The notes under the pieces: generated by a model | The model's input: the letters and a program-made list of their open reading frames with translations, nothing else | Databases searched by the model: none | What the model was told of the DNA's origin: nothing | Program-made: the position numbers and the translations under genes | Shown here: in pieces, positions 9,440 to 19,693 of the stretch | Layout: every line of letters starts with the position of its first letter | Position numbering within the stretch: the first letter of the stretch is position 1 | NCBI GenBank assembly: GCA_023334545.1 | Contig: JAADVB010000110.1 | Coordinates: 1 to 56,880 of the forward strand | Direction of reading: 5' to 3' | DNA: 56,880 bases | Origin: Salisapilia sapeloensis CBS 127946 | Taxonomy: Eukaryota > Protista > Oomycota

Positions 9440-10699
9440 ATGATGGAGATGGAAGAAGCGATGGCTTGTCGAGAGTATACGACGTGTGATGATTGTCTCA
9501 ATGCAAGTTATGCTTGCCACTTTTGTGCCTTTGACTTTCAATGTCATGCCATTGGATCACCCTTGGGATGTGTCACTGGTGTCTCGGCTTGCCATCATCT
9601 CCAAGGTAGAGTCTGATGCAGATATTCCCAGCGATCCTACGCTCATGGGAAACGTAGATTGTGAACGCAAGGAGCCAGAGCATGTCGGGTATGGGCCTCC
9701 CGTCGCAGTCGTCATGGCCGTGCTGTGCATGATGCTCGTGCTCGTCTGCTGCGTCTGTGGCATCTCGACGATGTGGTCCATCTTCTGTCGTCGTCGAGCT
9801 ACCCGTCCGCCTTCGGATGAGTACGTGCTCTCCTCAAAGCTCTAGTATCTATACGACACTAACGAAATCGACTCTAGCACGAGTGAAGAAGCGCAAGTGG
9901 AGCAATCACAACTTGAACCGCTGTTATCAGATGAAGAGAATGATGCCAAGGAAGAAGCTGCTTTGATCGGAGACAGTGAGTATGAAGAAGGTGTTGACAG
10001 GGCAGTCGCTGAGCGTCTTCGTTCGATCCAACAAAGGTATATTCATACAGTTACAATCCTTTTCTCTTTCTTATCTTTCGTCCTAGTGATCACCGTCGAA
10101 CATGGGGGGCCATCATCTCTCGGTCGCTATGGCTGGCTGGATTGGCCACTATGACTGTCCTGGCGCTCATGTTCTACCCTCGCATACCAGACTACAATGT
10201 ATGCAATCGAGAGTTTGAGTGGGAATCCGTCCTCCAGAGTCTATTGTCTCTCCATCCGAAAATCCATTATGAAGTGCTGCTTAGTGCCGTGAATGAAAAC
10301 CGGTTTGGATTCGTGGTACAGGAAGGTAGTGCTGACATCTATCATCGTGGGCGATTGGTTGGGTACTGGCGACTCGAGCGGGAGTGGGTGGCTGAAGCTG
10401 GTGCCATCAGTGACGTCATTGCACCTGTGCGGCTCCAACCGGATTATTCACAAGCACTGGCGCTGTGGCAAGACTTTAGTCGCAACGAACTCATGTTCAA
10501 TATTAATGCTTCGATCGTTGGATCCATTACGTGGGGATCACGACAGGTACTTCTTCTTGTATAGCTACTTTTGGTATCGTACTAAATGCTATGGTAGTTG
10601 TACGAGATATCGTCTGCTGTCTCGGACATTGAGTTCCTCGTGGGTGCCGAATATGACCGTGGACTATGCAAGTGTTCCGAGTACTTGACACCGGTTTAA
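9440..10699 (+). CDS. Two-TM membrane protein with an N-terminal Cys-rich PSI-like module and a C-terminal LEA_2/TMEM106-like domain (5 exons)
   Basis: Reconstructed across four short GT-AG introns (approx. 9607-9658, 9822-9877, 10036-10086, 10547-10597) with consistent phase. Contains CxxxxxCxxC...CxFC...C, a TM, acidic EPLL, a second TM and FYPRIPDYNVCN. Confidence 0.7.
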
Positions 10700-10814
10700 T
10701 CGTCTAATTTCTGTATTAAGAATGCAATTCTTTTTTCGTGATTTCATCCACTTGATATCTCCCTCGGATAATGTTGTGTTCTCGTACTCGTCCTCCATTC
10801 ATCCACGGATGCCT

Positions 10815-10828
10815 TCATTTTTCATTTT
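10815..10828 (+). promoter_or_regulatory. INR+FPR core promoter of the divergent CAP-like gene
   Basis: TCATTTTTCATTTT fits the consensus and ends 32 nt upstream of the ATG at 10861. Confidence 0.5.
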
Positions 10829-10860
10829 TCATCTTGGAAGCCCAAGTTACCACTGCTATC

Positions 10861-11340
10861 ATGACACGTACAATCCAGCTATCTATCTTGTTCATGGCAC
10901 TGTCGATCGTGCATGCCGACATCCTTACTGGATTCTTTACCAACACGGAGGAGCTAAAGGACTTCAATGAAGAAGTCGTGAAAGAGATGAACAAGTATCG
11001 AGAGAAAGATGCGGCGTTGTGTGTAAATGACGACTTGATGAACATAGCACAAAAGCAATCGCAGAAGCAGCGCGATAAGAATATCGTGGCACATCGAGGA
11101 AAAGGAATTGAAGATGAGATCAAGGAGAAGGATATCAAGTATAAGGAAATTGCAGTGTATGCTATTGCTGATGATTTTAATGTTACTGATTTCGTCAAGC
11201 ACGTGGACGAGACGGAGAAACCTTTTATCACTGGCGGATATAAGATCTTTGGAGTTGGTTTTGCCGATAGATTCTGGACTGCGATTGCCCTGAACGCGGA
11301 TGCTTCAGCCTACTGCGATAAGAAAAGTGAAAAGAGGTAG
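10861..11340 (+). CDS. Small secreted protein with a degenerate CAP-like fold
   Basis: Signal peptide MTRTIQLSILFMALSIVHA. Aligns by eye with the 4418 CAP protein (EMNKYR, LMNIAQKQS, VAHRG, FGVGF, FWT) but lacks GEN and SPGH. Confidence 0.65.
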   Translation: MTRTIQLSILFMALSIVHADILTGFFTNTEELKDFNEEVVKEMNKYREKDAALCVNDDLMNIAQKQSQKQRDKNIVAHRGKGIEDEIKEKDIKYKEIAVYAIADDFNVTDFVKHVDETEKPFITGGYKIFGVGFADRFWTAIALNADASAYCDKKSEKR

Positions 11341-11524
11341 AAGATAAGAATGAAACGCTATCATTTAGTGCACGACACGAGTTAATACTTTGGGTATTAA
11401 TAATCATACGAAAGCATTAAAACGCAAGGCTCGATAGTCGAGAAGCGATAGTTTTGAAACGGATAGAGTAGAGGTTAATAGCATTATTTTCAGATTATAT
11501 CCCAGTCTGTCCGGGGCGCCCAAC

Positions 11525-11538
11525 TCACTTGTAATTTC
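11525..11538 (+). promoter_or_regulatory. INR+FPR core promoter of the multi-TM gene
   Basis: TCACTTGTAATTTC, ending 11 nt before the ATG at 11550. Confidence 0.55.
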
Positions 11539-11549
11539 CTGAGTTGATT

Positions 11550-12407
11550 ATGACACTCGTGGACACGAAAGCTCTGGATGTGCAGTCCTCTGGCTTTGCT
11601 ACACATGTGAAAGCTTCAGAAGGGATGCATACCTTTAACATGTATATCGGGGCACCAGTGACGTTACTGATCAACTACTCTCTCTTCCAATATCTAACGA
11701 CAATGTACTTTGCCCGAAGAAGGCAATGGAGAGTGGCGAGCCTCATCTTTGCTGCCTTCCTTGGCTTTGTGGTTCTTGTTCCTCAGGCGAGTCCAGATGA
11801 GGACTTTGTCGACAGCATGAACGATGTGTCCGAGCTATGCTCTGCGCTTACGTTTCTAACCCAAGTGACTATCATCGGGCACGATGTCCTCCGTCGAGTC
11901 AAGGTGCCAGCACTGAGATACCTCACGTACTCTGCTGAGGTTCTTGCCTTCCTCAGCTGGGTTCTTATCCTTGTCAACTTTATCGAGCTGGCATTTACCA
12001 ACGGCCACGCCTTGGGCTTCATGATCGAGCTCGACAACATTGTGGAAATCGTAAGTCTGAGTTTTGTCTTCTTCTTCCGGTTTTACTATCTGTCCTTGGC
12101 GAAGAATGGATGGAAGGCAATGGCAAAGACCCGCAAGATGGACATTTTCCTCTACATGCTGTTCATGACCCACGAGTATCCGTTCATGATACTCACTGAA
12201 GTTACAGGTGATAGCTGGGAATTCGTCCAGGCGCTTTATATGCGTGTGACGATGGCCATGTGCCTTATCACAACCATAAGGGACAAGATCAGAAGCAGAG
12301 CTACGAATTGCGCAACATCAGGAACGAGTCGAGGACCTCAAGTAGCAAGATCCTTCGAAGGTGGCGCGACTTCCGTTGTACCAGGAAAAAGTATGCGAGA
12401 GCATTAA
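11550..12407 (+). CDS. Multi-pass (about 6-7 TM) membrane protein of unknown function
   Basis: Intronless ORF with alternating hydrophobic helices and a short polar C-tail, preceded by an INR+FPR element. Confidence 0.75.
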   Translation: MTLVDTKALDVQSSGFATHVKASEGMHTFNMYIGAPVTLLINYSLFQYLTTMYFARRRQWRVASLIFAAFLGFVVLVPQASPDEDFVDSMNDVSELCSALTFLTQVTIIGHDVLRRVKVPALRYLTYSAEVLAFLSWVLILVNFIELAFTNGHALGFMIELDNIVEIVSLSFVFFFRFYYLSLAKNGWKAMAKTRKMDIFLYMLFMTHEYPFMILTEVTGDSWEFVQALYMRVTMAMCLITTIRDKIRSRATNCATSGTSRGPQVARSFEGGATSVVPGKSMREH

Positions 12408-12713
12408 ATGCAGACTAAAATACTACTTTACATGTACCTCCTATGGATACACGTTCACTAGCGGCTTACGTACGTCAGTGACTTGATGCTACTAACCAAC
12501 CTAATCGATCTGGTCTGGCCGCCAAAGCTCATGGCATTCGTTGACTAAAGCTCTCGCTGCTCGTACGCAAGACCTAAGCACGTGCCGATAAGAACCTACA
12601 TTCGGGCGCACGGACGAATGTAACTACCGACGCTATAGATATCATTTCGCAGATAACAAACTACATGTTGGCATCCATGGGCTTGCGTGATGACTTTAAA
12701 TAAGCAACGTGTA

Positions 12714-13037
12714 TTACGTGTAGTGTGCAAGAACCCGATGCTTTAAAATTTTGCGTGGAGAATAGGAGATGCGCTTGGAGAAAACGCATCTCGAGGAGGT
12801 AAGCTTCCTGTCGTCTGGACACTTGAACAGTTTGTAGCCATCGCTCGATTTCCATACAAATCCGCCCATGCGCATGTTGCCTAATTTCAACTTGTACCCA
12901 GAAAGAATGCTAGATGTGCACTTTAGCCCGGATACATTCCCTGGACTGCCACGTAGTAATCGTCGGGGAGAACATGCGCCATCGTGCGACAACACACATA
13001 ACCCAGAAATATCCAACTTGACTTTAGTGGTGGGCAT
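12714..13037 (-). mobile_element. Degenerate Ty1/Copia integrase C-terminal (SH3-like) relic
   Basis: SPRRLLRGSPGNVSGLK resembles the Copia TPYELxxGxKPxVSHLR motif, and SDGYKLF...DRKLTSSRCVF resembles SKGYRxY...RKxxxSRDVxF, in the expected order. Confidence 0.55.
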
Positions 13038-13064
13038 CCCCCGCAGATATGGTTCATTCTATCT

Positions 13065-13078
13065 TCATTTGTAAATTC
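13065..13078 (+). promoter_or_regulatory. INR+FPR core promoter of NADAR
   Basis: TCATTTGTAAATTC fits the consensus. It places the start codon at ATG 13100 rather than 13049. Confidence 0.6.
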
Positions 13079-13099
13079 GACCACTTGAGATCACTTGGC

Positions 13100-13654
13100 A
13101 TGGTACCTGAACGCAAGAACTCGATCTACTTTGCATTTGCTCACGACAGTCCCATGGGATTTCTAAGTAACTCGTACGAATGCGCATTTGAATTGAATGG
13201 CATGACGTTTCAGTCGGTGGAGCAGTACCTAGCAAAGAAGAAGCAAGAGACTTTTGAACCTACCAACGAGTCCTTAGCAAGTGATATACTCGAAGCGACA
13301 TCACCAGAGCAAGCTATTAAATTGGCACAACAAGTGTCACCTTGTGATGCGGAAACATGGAATCATACTCGACTCGTGGCACTAGTCGATGCATTGGCCC
13401 AAAAGTTTTCGTCTCCAGAGCTCAAGGACAAGTTACTAGCGACGGGTCGCAAGCGCATTTATTACGTCATGCCGGACGACTCGGAATGGGGCATCGGCTT
13501 AACGACAGATGAAGTTGAACGTATTTTTATTCGAAACCCAGATTTCCGGGAGCAAGGCGACGTGGATGATGCGACTCGGACAAACAAATTCGGGACGAAT
13601 CTACTAGGCAACGCTCTTGTGGAAACACGAAGGCGATTGCAAGCCAACAACTAA
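13100..13654 (+). CDS. NADAR (YbiA-like) family N-glycosidase / ADP-ribosyl hydrolase
   Basis: Motifs FLSN, FQSVEQY, ALAQKF, LLATG, DSEWGIG and GTNLLGNALVETR. Confidence 0.9.
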   Translation: MVPERKNSIYFAFAHDSPMGFLSNSYECAFELNGMTFQSVEQYLAKKKQETFEPTNESLASDILEATSPEQAIKLAQQVSPCDAETWNHTRLVALVDALAQKFSSPELKDKLLATGRKRIYYVMPDDSEWGIGLTTDEVERIFIRNPDFREQGDVDDATRTNKFGTNLLGNALVETRRRLQANN

Positions 13655-13724
13655 GTCCGTCGGACGTATTTAATGTAATAAAGTATCCATTACAAGGAAG
13701 TACATGCGTCATTGTTCCTATTGT

Positions 13725-15242
13725 TCAAAACCAGCTCGTGAGCTGTTCCTTGTCTTTAGATGCTTGGAGAGCTCCGAGCGCTCCAGTGCAAGCGTATGGT
13801 TGGAACGGCGCCTTCTTCTTCTTCACACGTGATTTCTTCACTTTCTTCCGAGACGATCTTGTTCTTTTCTCAGTCTCCTGATCATTGTCGCCAGCGTACC
13901 CATCTTCATCCACATCTTTCGATCCTTCTTGACTGTCCTTCGTTTCTTTACAAGCGATCTGTTCCCAATCATCTGGTGCCACTGGATCGACTTGTGGCAT
14001 AGGCAGAGACGGTTCTGGATCCAAAGGAAGCACTTGCTCCTCTGCCTCATCTTCTTGACTAACAGGAGCTACGGATCGTTGAGGCAGTCGCCCAAAGTCC
14101 TTCTTCCATAACTGGAGAATGTGTATATGATAGTCCACAAGAGACTGGAAGTGTTCTTCTTCCGTAAAATTTGGATCTAGCACTGGTGGGAGACGACTAA
14201 AGACCATGGCGAGGACCATGTCGAGTAGATTCATACTGTCATGCTGAAAGATACCCTTGCACTCGTCTTCCTCTAGTGTCGGTTCATTCAAGAAAGTATC
14301 CAGGAGCTGTGTCAATCTATTTTCAATGTCTTCGAGCTTACGCTCTAGCAATGGCATGTTCTTGCCTTTCGAGGTGGAGGAAAGTTTTTCTTGAAAAGAG
14401 TCTCGAAGACGTGTGAGGTCGTCGATTTCACTCGATAGACGCTCCTGCTCGGTTATATATCGATCATGCTCACTCTGTGCTAAAGTTTCTACTTCGGATA
14501 TGACGTCGTACTTCCATTTAAGGTCACGTGAACACTTGCGAATACAGTCCTTGACGGCATTTACGCTTTTCCATATCGTTGGTTCGGATAATGTGTAGTA
14601 GTACTCGTGGAGTTGCATGTCAGAAATTTCCGTCGGATAGTCGACGACAGCAAAGACGTCTTCTGGGTATGCTAAATGAAGACTATCTAAGAGAGATCGG
14701 CAGGAGCCATTGGAGCAGTGGAAGCATAGCTTCTCTTCGAAGAGACCGTCGATGATGTGTAGATAATGCTGTCGTATCGTACGTTTAACCGTTTCGTACA
14801 TGTCCATGAGCTCATCAGGGTCTTCTGGCAGTCCGTCTCGATCATTTCCACCACTTCCTTCAGCTAAATGAGCTCCGTGCAGCCTTGTCAAGTTGACAAT
14901 GAGGATGGGGAAGTCGTCTGGTAAGTCTGGCAGGTCATCTTCGACCCATGTATCCGTCACTTCTTTCTTTTCTACCTGGTGACCTGCATGTTTGTCTGTA
15001 CTAATCCGTCTCGTCACTTCATTCCAATCATCCCGATCTTCCCATGAACCTGCCTCCTGCGTCGGGCTGTCTACGATCTCACTCGCTTTCGTCGTCTCCT
15101 GACGCGTAGATTGCTCATTAGGAGCTGCTCTTTTGCGTCGATAGGAATCAGGTATTTTTAAACTCATGGTCATGCCCATATCGCTCGTATGTGTCGGTAG
15201 TACGACGCGAGGGGCGCCATCCCGTCGCCCAAGCACCTCCAT
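13725..15242 (-). CDS. Hypothetical protein with a central helical/coiled-coil region and acidic and basic low-complexity ends
   Basis: 505-aa intronless ORF, head-to-head with the E(z) gene; no domain recognised. Confidence 0.8.
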   Translation of the reverse strand: MEVLGRRDGAPRVVLPTHTSDMGMTMSLKIPDSYRRKRAAPNEQSTRQETTKASEIVDSPTQEAGSWEDRDDWNEVTRRISTDKHAGHQVEKKEVTDTWVEDDLPDLPDDFPILIVNLTRLHGAHLAEGSGGNDRDGLPEDPDELMDMYETVKRTIRQHYLHIIDGLFEEKLCFHCSNGSCRSLLDSLHLAYPEDVFAVVDYPTEISDMQLHEYYYTLSEPTIWKSVNAVKDCIRKCSRDLKWKYDVISEVETLAQSEHDRYITEQERLSSEIDDLTRLRDSFQEKLSSTSKGKNMPLLERKLEDIENRLTQLLDTFLNEPTLEEDECKGIFQHDSMNLLDMVLAMVFSRLPPVLDPNFTEEEHFQSLVDYHIHILQLWKKDFGRLPQRSVAPVSQEDEAEEQVLPLDPEPSLPMPQVDPVAPDDWEQIACKETKDSQEGSKDVDEDGYAGDNDQETEKRTRSSRKKVKKSRVKKKKAPFQPYACTGALGALQASKDKEQLTSWF

Positions 15243-15646
15243 TCTTTGCCGATTGGTGTCTGATTCGTCGGATTATACAAATTCCAAGTGTACATATAAG
15301 ATATGAGGTAAGGTACTTGTATCTCTGACACGATTCTTTCATTTGGCATTTTGACACTTGGATACTAGGAATACTGCTCTATATCTGCATTTTGAGACGC
15401 ATTGGGTGGATGCGATTAGGATGACTAAACTCAGGCGTGCGTATTCTATAGCCTGATATCATTGGATGCACAATATGCATTAATAGAACTTAAATAGGTG
15501 GTGATTGGCACAGGGATCGGAGTCGTGTTTCGGATCGCGACACTTCATCTACTCAGAAAGGAAACAGGAAACGATACAAGCATCAGAAAGCACGTGTATC
15601 GACTTCAAGGGACTCTAGCAGTAGGCAGAATGAATATGAGAGCAGC

Positions 15647-18600
15647 ATGTCGAGTGAAACGAGCGAAAGTGATGAACGTCCGGCACCAAAGTTATTGACA
15701 GCAGCACGTGCGGCACAAATTGTTCAAGGCAAGAGACGTCGGCCGCGACTTGCTTCTCCAGACATGAGTGGTAGTGAGGATGAGTCAAAGGAGACGATTG
15801 GGTTGTCACCTCTACGAAAGAAATCAAAAGTAGGCACTAGCCAAAAGGAAGGTGCTTCAACCTCTGCAGACACAAAGAAGTCGAGTGCGAAAAAGGATAA
15901 GCAACCGCAGGCAATTAATTTATTATCATCTTCTTCATCAGGTTCAGAGGACTCAGATGCGTCCACAAGGAGCCAACAGAGATCTTTCCGAGGCCATAAG
16001 AAGCCTTCAGCGAAAAAGCCATCGACGCGTGGACAGAACAGAGAAAACGAAGCCATAAAGAATCAATTAGATCAACAATGGAGTGAAAAAGTCTCATACT
16101 CTGACATTATGGCACAAGAAGAAGAGTTGAGACGCATCGAAAGAGCGAAGAGGCAACAAAAAGGAAATCCAGCACCTTCTAAGCCTTCAGCAGCACCGAG
16201 CAAGCCGTCAGTACCGCCATTGAAGTCGTCCGCGCCAAAGAAAGAAAAGAAGAAGGCGAAGAAACCTACAAAGCTGGCACGCAAGTCACTCGCTCGCAAG
16301 TCGGTGGCCAAGAAGCATCCGGTCGAAGATGAGAAAGAAGATTATGAGGAAACACCCATGGCGGTAGAAGAGCGCACTCATCCAAAGACAGGAAAGAAAT
16401 CCATGAAGCGCGATAGCATGTCTGTGAGTGTTGAACAATCCCTTACATCTGATAAGCAGAAGCATCCGATCCTTCATCCGACTGCTTGGCGATGTCTCAA
16501 GTCGAATGTAGTGCCTCGGAACATACTACCGGATGGAGACGACATCGATCCTCCGTTTTCAAAGAAAAATAATTATGCATTAACGGACTTTGATGACTCT
16601 GGTGACGTCGCGGACATTTGTCGCTTCGTCTCAAGAGCAGAGATGGATCCGTCGATGAAGGAAGACGACATGGATGATCGCATTCGCAATGTAATCGACG
16701 TCCAATTACCCATGTTGGAGGAGTTAAAGACAAAGAGGACAAAAGCTTTAATCCAAATCGCTCGGAAGCAAATAAGACACTATAAGGGACTTGGCTGTGG
16801 GTTAAAAGTAGACGATGGTCGTAGTGAGATGTCTGTGAACGACGTTTCGGCTGGCATCCAGGCTCTAGACATCCATCCCTCGGAACGGATTATCGCACAT
16901 CGACTGCAGCACACTCCGCCACCAGCACAAGCAGTGGAACAATTGGAAAATACTCGATTCACACACGGCGAAGCAGTAGATGGGAACCCATATAAAATAA
17001 AGAAGACGGTTCCAACGCTAATGGAGGGAGACATGCATGTCTTAAGGACGCCTATTGAACGTATGCGGAAAGGATCAGCCTATGCAGGTATCCGAACGTC
17101 TCTATATGTGGAAGATTACAAGCCAGGGAAGCCAAGAGTGGATCCAGAGTTGGTTTCGAATGATGCGTATGGGTTTGCAGACATGGAGGAAGAGTTTTTA
17201 GAATACTTGCTACGAGCCGTCGTGTCTTGCTGTGGTCGTAACGATATGACCTTTGCTGGTATTCAAAGAGTCATGTGTCTTCGGAAACCAGGGAAATGGT
17301 ACGAAGAGCTGGAGGAATGGCATTATTTAACCAAGAAGAGTAGAAAGAGAATTTACGAAGTAAAGGAGAGATGGACGTCACTTCCGACGTCGATACAAAA
17401 ACTAGCGAGTCAGCTATGGTACATTAACTCAGATTCCTCTCGTTACTCATTAGAGCATCGACTATCCCCTCCACCACCATTTCGATCCAGCTATCTCGCC
17501 AATTCCAAGAACTTTGGGCTACGACAAGCAGTTGACTATGATGGTCTTGTAGGGTATACTCGTTCCTTCCTATGTCGTCGATGCTACGTGTACAACTGCC
17601 AGAACCATGGAATTGACTTTGCACTCCCGAAGAAACGTAGTACGCCAGCTTACCCTGTCTTGCACAAGTTTAATCTTCGCTTAAACAAGCCCGTGGTGGA
17701 AGATGATCACTACAGTTTCTTATCGAAAGGCACGGATGCTGTGGAAGTAAGAGATAGTGACTCTGATGAGCAGCAAGATACAGCTCCAATAGCTAGACGT
17801 CAGTCCAGTCGGTCATTAACGCAAGTGTCGTCTAGAGCGACAGCTAGTGTCGTTGCACAGGAAGTGCAGGAGAAGACGTATCGCTATCAGCAAGAGATTG
17901 CAAAGAAACAAAAGCGATTAAAGTTAGTTCGTAGTACTAATGCAGACGAGTATTTGGACGGAAGCTACGGTCCGATGGTTAAACGACATTTGGAGCATGT
18001 CCAGGTAGATGCGCCTTTTTGTAGTACCTACTGCTACAAGAAAGACATGTCCGTTGGATTGAGTGTAGCAGCTTTAAATGACGTTGAGAAGGTTTTGATT
18101 CAAAAATTGGCGCAAGTGATGATGGGAAATGCGTGTGCTATATCGATGTTGCTGACTAGTAATCGATGCGACTGTGCTACCGTCCATCGCTTCATCCAAG
18201 AGAACGCGAATACGATCCAAGCTTCGATTCTATCGACTCTGACTAGTACTAAGCAACGTACAGGACATGCCAAGACAGGATCGATCAAGAGTGTGGACGC
18301 CAAGGTAGCACACAGGTACGTTCCGTGCAATCATAACGGTCCATGTGGCAAGTGCAGTTGCAATGAGCGTGGTCACTACTGTGAGAGGGCGTGTGCTTGT
18401 CCGCGTGACTGCTCCAATCGATTCCGTGGGTGCGTCTGTGAGCTCGGACAATGTGGTGGCGAGATGTGTCCTTGCTTCCGTGCCGGGCGTGAATGCGATC
18501 CGGACTATTGTTGGAGCTGTGGTGCGACAGATGCAGCGGTGATGCATCTAGTGGACGGCATGAAGGAACTCACGATGAAAGAGGCGCGAGTGTGTCAGAA

Positions 18601-19060
18601 CGTGAATATGCTGAGGCACCAACATAAGCTAGTGCGTGTGGCGTTCTCGGATACGCATGGCTTGGGCGCGTTTGCAGCGGAAGGTATACCGAAAGGCGAT
18701 TTTGTGTGGGAGTACGTTGGTGAGCTCGTGTCCGACGCAGAAGCTGATCGTCGAGGAGAAGTGTATAAGAAGGACGATGCCCAACGAAGTTACTTGTACG
18801 ATGTGAGTTTGGAGGAAGTCGTGGATGCCATGCGCAAGGGGAATAAAGCTAAGTTTGCGAATCATATGAAAGATCCGGAAGCAAACTTGACACCACGACT
18901 CATGCGTGTGCGTGGCGAGAATCGGATCGCGATGTTTGCCAATCGTGCTATCGCGTGCGGTGATGAGCTTTTCTTTAATTACAATTATTCTCAATCGTCT
19001 GCGCCGACGTGGGGCAAGGAAGATGGTCAGAGAGAGGAATCTTTGGAAACAATGGAGTAA
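15647..19060 (+). CDS. EZH2: E(z)/EZH2-like histone H3K27 methyltransferase (PRC2 catalytic subunit)
   Basis: FLCRRCYVYNCQNHG; CXC domain (PCNHNGPC...CERACAC...NRFRGC...CPCFRAGRECDPD); SET domain with EYVGELVS, DAMRKGNKAKFANH and ELFFNY. Confidence 0.93.
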   Translation: MSSETSESDERPAPKLLTAARAAQIVQGKRRRPRLASPDMSGSEDESKETIGLSPLRKKSKVGTSQKEGASTSADTKKSSAKKDKQPQAINLLSSSSSGSEDSDASTRSQQRSFRGHKKPSAKKPSTRGQNRENEAIKNQLDQQWSEKVSYSDIMAQEEELRRIERAKRQQKGNPAPSKPSAAPSKPSVPPLKSSAPKKEKKKAKKPTKLARKSLARKSVAKKHPVEDEKEDYEETPMAVEERTHPKTGKKSMKRDSMSVSVEQSLTSDKQKHPILHPTAWRCLKSNVVPRNILPDGDDIDPPFSKKNNYALTDFDDSGDVADICRFVSRAEMDPSMKEDDMDDRIRNVIDVQLPMLEELKTKRTKALIQIARKQIRHYKGLGCGLKVDDGRSEMSVNDVSAGIQALDIHPSERIIAHRLQHTPPPAQAVEQLENTRFTHGEAVDGNPYKIKKTVPTLMEGDMHVLRTPIERMRKGSAYAGIRTSLYVEDYKPGKPRVDPELVSNDAYGFADMEEEFLEYLLRAVVSCCGRNDMTFAGIQRVMCLRKPGKWYEELEEWHYLTKKSRKRIYEVKERWTSLPTSIQKLASQLWYINSDSSRYSLEHRLSPPPPFRSSYLANSKNFGLRQAVDYDGLVGYTRSFLCRRCYVYNCQNHGIDFALPKKRSTPAYPVLHKFNLRLNKPVVEDDHYSFLSKGTDAVEVRDSDSDEQQDTAPIARRQSSRSLTQVSSRATASVVAQEVQEKTYRYQQEIAKKQKRLKLVRSTNADEYLDGSYGPMVKRHLEHVQVDAPFCSTYCYKKDMSVGLSVAALNDVEKVLIQKLAQVMMGNACAISMLLTSNRCDCATVHRFIQENANTIQASILSTLTSTKQRTGHAKTGSIKSVDAKVAHRYVPCNHNGPCGKCSCNERGHYCERACACPRDCSNRFRGCVCELGQCGGEMCPCFRAGRECDPDYCWSCGATDAAVMHLVDGMKELTMKEARVCQNVNMLRHQHKLVRVAFSDTHGLGAFAAEGIPKGDFVWEYVGELVSDAEADRRGEVYKKDDAQRSYLYDVSLEEVVDAMRKGNKAKFANHMKDPEANLTPRLMRVRGENRIAMFANRAIACGDELFFNYNYSQSSAPTWGKEDGQREESLETME

Positions 19061-19693
19061 TTTTTACGTCAAGCAAATGCCTTTTAGTATGGTCTTCGAG
19101 ATCCGCGTGTTCGCGAGTCACTCGTGACGATCCAAGCACTGGTCTTACTTGACACCCTATCTCAGTCATCTGGATTATATCGGATACTATTCAAACTTCT
19201 TCATTCAATCTTATTCTCGCTCTGATCTACATCTACATACTGACGGATAGATGGACTATAAAGCAGATCGTCGTACTGAGCTGAGCGTCAGCTATCTTTC
19301 TGCTCAAGATTTTTCCATCTGGAAACTTCGTAGAATGTTTTCGAACTGGACGTGTGCTCCATTCGTTTCAGTCATTTTGCAACGAGATCTAGTGCCTCCG
19401 ATCTTTTCGTACGAAGCGACTTATCTCGGTTCTACTTTGTCTTTCGCTTGTCGAAAACAGCCATTCGTAGCTCTTTTCGTACTAGCGTTTTTCGTTCTTC
19501 CAAGCAAATCTATTGTCGGGAGCCGTCACTCGGTTTCCGTCCAGTCACCACGCGTAAGTCCACTCAGAGTCGCTGCCGCCGCCAACGTTTGCTGAGGACT
19601 GACGGGAAAACCACAACGCCCAGCAGACGAGCGAGATAGCATTCCCTACGCCCAACTGCTTACCACAAAACTTTAAACTAGCGAGACGTCGTC

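Noticed and set aside
12400-13100. A DarT-like toxin partner upstream of NADAR
   Set aside because: No ART motifs; the only sizeable ORF there looks like Copia integrase.
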